From NCBI GenBank assembly GCA_036149055.1, contig JAYZQJ010000011.1, positions 1-29,970 on the forward strand: a stretch of 29,970 nt of DNA. Direction: 5' to 3'. The stretch is from Myxococcota bacterium (GTDB lineage Bacteria; Myxococcota_A; Polyangia; Polyangiales; Sandaracinaceae). A model generated the notes under the pieces. The model was not told where the DNA came from. It did no database searches and saw only the letters and a program-made list of their open reading frames with translations. This document shows positions 24,447 to 29,970 of the stretch, piece after piece (position 1 is the stretch's first letter; each line of letters starts with the position of its first letter). A program made the translations under genes and the position numbers.

Positions 24447-25262
24447 GTGGACCGCGACGCGCCGATCGGCGTCTTCGACAGCGGCCTCGGGGGCCTGACG
24501 GTGGCGCGCGCGATCGCGCGGCGGCTCCCGGACGAGCGCCTCGTGTACCTCGGCGACACCGCGCGCGTGCCCTACGGCACCCGGAGCCCCCACACCGTGC
24601 TCCGCTACGCCCGGAGCTGCGCCAAGCACCTCGCCGCGCACGACATCAAGCTCCTCGTCGTCGCCTGCAACACCGTCAGCGCGGTGGCCCTGCCGATGCT
24701 CCGGGTCGAGCTCGACGTGCCGGTGGTCGGGGTGATCGGCCCCGGCGCGCGGGCGGGCGCGGCGGCGAGCCGGGCGCACAAGATCGGGGTCATCGCGACC
24801 GCGGGCACCGTCCGGAGCGGCGCCTACCCGCGCGCGGTCGCCGCGGTGAGCACCCGGGCCGAGGTGCTCCAGCGCCCGGCGCCGCTGCTGGTGCCGCTGG
24901 TCGAGGAGGGCTGGCTCGACGGCGAGGTGCCGACCCTGGTGGTCCGGCGCTACCTCGAGCCGCTGGTCGCCGAGGGCATCGACGCGCTGGTGCTCGGCTG
25001 CACCCACTACCCGCTGCTCGCCGACGTCATCCGCGAGGAGGCGGAGGCGCTGGCTCTGCGGCCGATCGCGGTGGTCGACAGCGCCGAGGCCACCGCGACC
25101 GAGCTGGCCGGCATCCTCGACGACCGGGGCCTCGCGCGGCAGGAGGGTCCGGGCAGCCTGACCCTGATGGTCACCGACCTGCCCGAGCAGTTCGCCACCG
25201 TCGCGGCGCGTTTCCTGGGCCGCGAGGTGCCGGAGGACGCGGTCTCCCAGGTCGATCTCTGA
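24447..25262 (+). CDS. murI: Glutamate racemase
   Basis: PIGVFDSGLGGLTV, GDTARVPYG, VACNT, LGCTHYPLL. Confidence 0.97.
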   Translation: MDRDAPIGVFDSGLGGLTVARAIARRLPDERLVYLGDTARVPYGTRSPHTVLRYARSCAKHLAAHDIKLLVVACNTVSAVALPMLRVELDVPVVGVIGPGARAGAAASRAHKIGVIATAGTVRSGAYPRAVAAVSTRAEVLQRPAPLLVPLVEEGWLDGEVPTLVVRRYLEPLVAEGIDALVLGCTHYPLLADVIREEAEALALRPIAVVDSAEATATELAGILDDRGLARQEGPGSLTLMVTDLPEQFATVAARFLGREVPEDAVSQVDL

Positions 25263-25308
25263 CGGCCGGACTCGTCAGAGGTCCGAGTCGGTGCCATCTT
25301 TCGCGCCG

Positions 25309-26580
25309 ATGAACCGCGCCCTCCCCTTCGCCCTCGTCCTGCTCACGGCCTGCGGAGGCGAGCCTCCGGTCGACCCGACCGTCGACTCGGGCGCCACGCC
25401 CCCCGCCGACGCGAGCGCGCCGCCCAGCCCGTCCGACGCCTCGACGCCGACGCCCGGCGTCTGCGGCCCGGACGAGCGCACCACGCGGCTGGTCTACTAC
25501 GGCACCGCGACGCCGACCGTCATGCCGCTCACCGCCGGCCAGACCTACGCGGTCGTGTCGTTCGGCGGCTGCTCGGGCGCCTTCATCACCGACGAGTGGG
25601 TGCTGACCGCGGCCCACTGCCGGGTCCGCCCCGGGCGCGAGCTCTGCGCGGGCGTGCGGGCCGACGACCCGAACGTCTGCTGGACGGCGGCCGAGGTCCG
25701 GACGCACCCCGAGGTCGACATGGCGCTGGTCCGGGTGGACGCGCCGGCCTCGTCGCGCTTCCCCGAGCTGACCCCGGTCCCGGTGCTCGACGAGCTGATG
25801 GACGACGCCTGGATCGGGCGCACCGCGGAGGCGTCGGGCTACGGCACCCAGGAAGACGGCTCGAGCGGCGAGCGCGAGTTCACCGCGGAGCCCATCGTCG
25901 GCTTCGAGCGCGGCGAGTTCGTGGCCATCGACGGCCAAGGCGAGCGCGGCGTCTGCTTCGGCGACAGCGGCGGCCCGCTCTTCGTGCTCGCGAGCGACTC
26001 CACCGTCCGGATCGCCGGCGACCTGAGCTTCGGCGACCCCAGCTGCGTCGGCGTCGACCGCTACACCCGGACCGACCTGGTCATCGACTGGATCGAGGCG
26101 GCCACCGGCCCGACGGTGGTCGAGGGCGGCAGCTGCGGCCGCATCACCCCCGAGGGCGACTGCATGGGCAACACCGCCATCTGGTGCGACGGCGAGACGC
26201 TGGCCTCGTCGCGCTGCGAGGCGGGCGAGACCTGCGGCTGGGACCCGACGGGCGGCGGCTTCCGCTGCGTGAGCGAGGATCCGTGCGGCGGCGTGAGCGC
26301 GGCCGGCGAGTGCCAGGGCGAGGTCGCGGTGTGGTGTGACCGCGGGGTGGTGCGCCGCCGCGACTGCGCGCCCTGCGACGAGGTCTGCGGCCAGGTCGAC
26401 GACGTGGGCGGCGCCTACTGCCAGCCCGATCCGTGCGCCGGCATCGACTACCTCGGCGAGTGCCGCGGCGACACCGCGGTCTGGTGCTCGGAAGGCGGCA
26501 TCCAGATGCGCGACTGCGCGCGCCAGGGCCTCCGCTGCGACTACGTCAACGACCGCATCGGCTACTTCTGCACCCGCTGA
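25309..26580 (+). CDS. Trypsin-like (S1) serine protease lipoprotein with three Cys-rich C-terminal repeats
   Basis: Lipobox LLTA-C and catalytic triad motifs LTAAHC, DMALV and GDSGGP. The repeat GxCxGxxAxWC occurs three times. Confidence 0.92.
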   Translation: MNRALPFALVLLTACGGEPPVDPTVDSGATPPADASAPPSPSDASTPTPGVCGPDERTTRLVYYGTATPTVMPLTAGQTYAVVSFGGCSGAFITDEWVLTAAHCRVRPGRELCAGVRADDPNVCWTAAEVRTHPEVDMALVRVDAPASSRFPELTPVPVLDELMDDAWIGRTAEASGYGTQEDGSSGEREFTAEPIVGFERGEFVAIDGQGERGVCFGDSGGPLFVLASDSTVRIAGDLSFGDPSCVGVDRYTRTDLVIDWIEAATGPTVVEGGSCGRITPEGDCMGNTAIWCDGETLASSRCEAGETCGWDPTGGGFRCVSEDPCGGVSAAGECQGEVAVWCDRGVVRRRDCAPCDEVCGQVDDVGGAYCQPDPCAGIDYLGECRGDTAVWCSEGGIQMRDCARQGLRCDYVNDRIGYFCTR

Positions 26581-26646
26581 GCCGCTCCACCGAACGCCGC
26601 GGCTCGCGTCCCCACGGATCGTCGCATCGCTGGAGCCGCTCGCCCG

Positions 26647-27723
26647 TCAGAGCGCGAACGAGAAGGCGTGGAGGAACTGGCCCACGCCCACGTAGAGGGT
26701 CGACTGCTTGCCCTCGACCCAGCGCCGCGCGCCGTGGCGGACCGGGGCGAAGGGCGTGAGCGCGCGGGTGGGCGTGTGGAGCAGGTAGTGCGCGTGGTCG
26801 GTCGCGAAGAGCAGGGTCTCGGGGTCCGGGGTCGGCTCCAGCCGGAGCGGCTCGCCTCGCCCGGGCTCGAGACGCAAGCCGGCGATCTCGATCGCCTCGC
26901 CGGCCGGCGCTGGCGGCAGCTCCGGGCCCTCACCGGGCTCGCGGGCGCCGGAGCTCGGGTCGACCGCCGTCCACCCGCCGTCGGCCCAGCCGATCCAGAG
27001 GCGGTCGTCGGCCGCGTGGAGGTCGCGCACCGCGCGCTTGCCGTCGTCACGGCTGGGGGCGCCGAGCTTCTTGGCCTCCTTGCCCGAGATCGCCGCGACG
27101 TGGCCGCCCTCGTGCGAGACCACGAAGACGGACGACCCGAGCGCGGCGATCCCGCCGACCTTCAGCGACTTCTTCACCTTGACGAAGGGCATGACCGACT
27201 TCGGGCTGCCCTTGGCGCCTCCCGCGATGCCGGGCGCCGGGAACCAGCGTAGATCCGCCGGGGGGCGGAGCTGATCGTGGTGCGGCCGGTCCGGCGCCCA
27301 CGCGGTCGAGACGTAGGGCGTGTCCATCTGCGGCATCCCGTCCGCCGGCCCGATCACGCTCAGGGTCATCGACTTCGCGTCCGCCTGGGTCACGTGATGG
27401 ACGCAGCCCGCCTTCTCGAGCTGCGTCGGGCGCCGCTTGGCGTACTTTTCGGCGAGCTTGTCGACCGCGGCCGCCTCGACCGCCGGGACGAGGTCCACGA
27501 GCAGGAGGTGCAGCAGCCCCGGGGTCAGGCGGTCGAGCGCGTCGGCGTCGGGGTGGTCGACGACGACGCGAAGATCGGCCTGCGCGTAGGGCGCCGAGCC
27601 GCGCTTCAGGATCGCACGAGCCCCGCGGGCGTTCGAGCCCCACCCGGCGGCGCGGGAGACCGCCTCCTCCAGGTCGAAGGGCGCGCTGAGGGAAGTCACC
27701 TTGGCCGAGTAGAGGTCCGACAT
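26647..27723 (-). CDS. Hypothetical protein (358 aa)
   Basis: ATG at 27723, strong GC3 bias, and a beta-rich C-terminal half. No family recognised. Confidence 0.75.
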   Translation of the reverse strand: MSDLYSAKVTSLSAPFDLEEAVSRAAGWGSNARGARAILKRGSAPYAQADLRVVVDHPDADALDRLTPGLLHLLLVDLVPAVEAAAVDKLAEKYAKRRPTQLEKAGCVHHVTQADAKSMTLSVIGPADGMPQMDTPYVSTAWAPDRPHHDQLRPPADLRWFPAPGIAGGAKGSPKSVMPFVKVKKSLKVGGIAALGSSVFVVSHEGGHVAAISGKEAKKLGAPSRDDGKRAVRDLHAADDRLWIGWADGGWTAVDPSSGAREPGEGPELPPAPAGEAIEIAGLRLEPGRGEPLRLEPTPDPETLLFATDHAHYLLHTPTRALTPFAPVRHGARRWVEGKQSTLYVGVGQFLHAFSFAL

Positions 27724-27776
27724 GGCGCAGGAGAATAGCAGGTCGCCTTTCGCCAGAGATCGAGATTCGCGCGGGC

Positions 27777-28235
27777 TCAAGGCCAGCTGCGCCAGCAGTC
27801 GCAGCACACGCGACGGTCGGCGCTGCGGAACGCGACGTCGAACTCCTCGCCGTCGGGGAAGCGACCGGCCACGCGCGCCACGTAGGCGTCGCCGTCGAGC
27901 CACACCTCCACGTCGACCTCGACCTCCGCCTCGACGAAGTCGGGGTCCTCGACGCCGCCTTCCACGCAGGGGGCCGGGCCGCGCACCACGCGCGCGGGCT
28001 CGAGGGACGGCGCGCTCGGCGGGAAGCGGTCCGGGAAGGCGGCGATGAGGCAGCGGTCCGGTCGCTCGTCGACGAGGAAGTAGTCGTAGACCGCGCGGCA
28101 GGCGTTCTCGTAGACGTACTGGCTCGACGCCACCCCCGCGTCGCCCTCGCCCTCCGGCGCGCGATCGTGAGACGCGTAGCACCCGCTCAGGAGCGCGACG
28201 CCGAGAGCCGCGCCCAGCATCCGTCCCGTCCACAC
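27777..28235 (-). CDS. Hypothetical lipoprotein
   Basis: LGVALLSG-C lipobox and coding-like codon usage. Start is GTG 28235 or ATG 28220. Confidence 0.7.
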   Translation of the reverse strand: MWTGRMLGAALGVALLSGCYASHDRAPEGEGDAGVASSQYVYENACRAVYDYFLVDERPDRCLIAAFPDRFPPSAPSLEPARVVRGPAPCVEGGVEDPDFVEAEVEVDVEVWLDGDAYVARVAGRFPDGEEFDVAFRSADRRVCCDCWRSWP

Positions 28236-28327
28236 ACCCGGCGTCTTACCACGTGCGCCCGGGGACGACCTTCCCGACCTCCCCGAGCGCGAGTCGTCGC
28301 CCCCACGTCTCGAGGCCTGGAGCAGGG

Positions 28328-28693
28328 TCAGACGACGACCGCGACGCCGCAGGCGGCGATGAGGGCGGCGGTCGCCGCCGACAGGGCGAGGCCCGAGACG
28401 AGTCGCGCGCGCCGCGACAGGTTGGGTGCGGCGAGCGCGAGCGCGCCGTGGACGAGCGCGGCGCCGGGGATCGAGAGCAGCGCCGCGGTGATCGCCGCCG
28501 CTCCCAGCGCCCAGCTCGCGCCAGCGGCGATGAGCGCGCCCAGGGCGTCGACGCCCGCCGAGCGGTTGGCCTGCGCGTGTCCCACCAGCACGAAGAACGC
28601 GACCAGGAGGCTCGCGAGCTGGGCGAGCGCGAAGGCCGCGCAGGCGGAGGCCCAGAGCCCCGCCGCTCCGGCCAGTCGGAGCGACCGGTTCAC
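28328..28693 (-). CDS. Small hydrophobic membrane protein
   Basis: Three to four Ala/Leu-rich hydrophobic segments. Start uncertain (GTG 28693 or ATG 28735). Confidence 0.55.
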   Translation of the reverse strand: MNRSLRLAGAAGLWASACAAFALAQLASLLVAFFVLVGHAQANRSAGVDALGALIAAGASWALGAAAITAALLSIPGAALVHGALALAAPNLSRRARLVSGLALSAATAALIAACGVAVVV

Positions 28694-28782
28694 CCTCGTG
28701 ACGTTGCCAGGCAAGCCCCGCGGTTGCGAGCTCATCGTCGCGCCGAGGGGAGGAAACGCTTCCCCATCTCCCGCCGCGAGCA

Positions 28783-28826
28783 TCCACCTCCGCGGGCACG
28801 GGCAAGGGCACGGGCATGGGCACGGG
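28783..28826 (-). repeat. Second copy of the CCCGTG arm of the 10239-10563 cassette
   Basis: The reverse complement matches 10266-10309 at 41 of 44 positions, including the non-repetitive tail CGCGGAGsTGGA. Confidence 0.75.
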
Positions 28827-29111
28827 AAGGGCCCACGGGGACGGCGTACGTCGAAGCCGCCAGCGGACGAGGGGTGACTCGACCGCGCTCCCTCTCTCGG
28901 TCTCGTCTTCGGAGGAGCGCGCGCCGTCGACCCGACCACTGCACGCAAGCTCCCCGCGCCCCCCGAGCCCGTGCCCGCGAGAAGCCACCCATTCCTCCTC
29001 GCCTCCCACCTCCCCCCTTCCGTGCTGTGGTTCGACAACGAGGGCGTCGGATTCGGTCTCGGTCTCGGACTCGGCTTTGGCGTCGGGCTCGGGCCTGCCC
29101 CGAGGTCCGCG

Positions 29112-29525
29112 GAGATCGGTGAAACGAATAGGATCGTCCCCGCTCTCCGGCTGCGGCTGGGCTGGTCCGTCTTCGGCCGAATGACGATATGACGACGAGC
29201 GTCCCCGGCTGCCTCCCCGGCTCCGTCGGAGGAGGAGGACGAGGCGCCAACATGTCTGCCTCTCATACGGGCGAGACGCGAGGAGCACGGAGTGACCGGC
29301 AGCGGACTCGGCAGCGGACTCGGCAGCGGACTCGGCAGCGGACTCGGCAGCGGACTCGGCAGCGGACTCGGCAGCGGACTCGGACTCGGCAGCGGACTCG
29401 CCCCGAGCTCGGCGAGATCGATGATTCGAATAGGATCGTCCCCGGTCTCCGCGGCCCCGCCGACGCAGGCTCGACCCGCGCTCGGCGGAGATCGATGCAA
29501 CGAATGGGATCGTCCCGGTTCTCCG
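29112..29525. repeat. Three dispersed copies of a 38-bp motif (29112-29149, 29414-29451, 29488-29525)
   Basis: Consensus GAGATCGrTGmwwCGAATrGGATCGTCCCsGnTCTCCG, aligned by eye without gaps. Confidence 0.85.
29297..29400. repeat. Tandem 12-mer (CGGCAGCGGACT) x8
   Basis: Seven consecutive copies, a 6-nt CGGACT insert, then an eighth copy. Confidence 0.95.
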
Positions 29526-29533
29526 GCCCGCTT

Positions 29534-29728
29534 CGACGCCGAATCCGAGACCGACGCCGAATCCGAGATCGACGCCGAATCCGAGACCGACGCCGAATCC
29601 GGGACCGACACCGAATCCGAGACCGAATCCGACACCGAATCCGAGACCGACGCCGAGTCCGGATCCGAGTCCGACGCCGAATCCGAATCCGAATCCGAAT
29701 CCGACGCCGAAGCCGAGACCGACGCCGA
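29534..29728. repeat. Degenerate tandem 18-mer CGACGCCGAATCCGAGAC built from CCGAnn hexamers
   Basis: Read directly. Confidence 0.9.
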
Positions 29729-29808
29729 TGCCGGGTGCGGCGCCGATCTGAGCCGACGCCGATTCTCGAGCCGACGCCGTGCACGGGGGCCGGCCGCGGC
29801 AGCAAGAC

Positions 29809-29970
29809 CGGCAGCGGCAGCGGGGCCGGCAGCGGCAGCGGGGCCGGCAGCGCAAGCGGGGCCGGCAGCGGAAGCGGGGCCGGCAGCAGAAGCGGGGCCG
29901 GCAGCAGAAGCGGGGCCGGCAGCAGAAGCGGGGCCGGCAGCAGAAGCGGGGCCGGCAGCAGAAGCGGGGC
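29809..29970. repeat. Tandem 18-mer CGGCAGCnnnAGCGGGGC x9, running off the window end
   Basis: Nine contiguous units from 29809; the last five are identical (CGGCAGCAGAAGCGGGGC). Confidence 0.95.

Noticed and set aside
29112..29525. Possible CRISPR array (38-bp repeat, one 36-nt spacer)
   Set aside because: Only three divergent copies with irregular periods (302 and 74 bp), a microsatellite inside the long gap, and no cas genes. Kept as a repeat finding instead.

Overview
Very GC-rich chromosomal window with no rRNA, tRNA, CRISPR, transposase or phage genes. The gene mix (PEGA, FHA, PilZ, Cys-rich lipoproteins, HisKA proteins) suggests a myxobacterium; Polyangia/Sandaracinaceae-like is my inference. 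About 23 real CDSs are supported. They include a glutathionyl-hydroquinone reductase, a RETSAT/phytoene-dehydrogenase-like oxidoreductase, a degenerate amidinotransferase-fold protein, an outer-membrane beta-barrel, a fused MFS/spermidine synthase, a USP, an APH+AAA kinase, bestrophin, an L,D-transpeptidase, an FAD-oxidase fusion, a coupled pair of sensor kinases (one lacking the ATPase domain), MurI and a trypsin-like lipoprotein. Most long ORFs in the track are GC shadow frames. The most unusual content is intergenic. (1) A ~325-bp cassette at 10239-10563 has identical 25-bp hairpins at both ends and inverted CCCGTG arms around a decayed four-helix-bundle (23S rRNA-IVP/Avd-like) gene fragment; one arm recurs at 28783-28826. 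(2) A ~90-bp double-hairpin repeat occurs twice (129-219, 13839-13929), the second copy ending a hairpin-dense 320-bp tract. (3) Composite microsatellite blocks at 17.9-18.1 kb and 29.5-30.0 kb are reverse-complement counterparts. (4) A 38-bp motif occurs three times near 29.1-29.5 kb. Many genes also look leaderless. All family calls come from motif recognition, not database searches.
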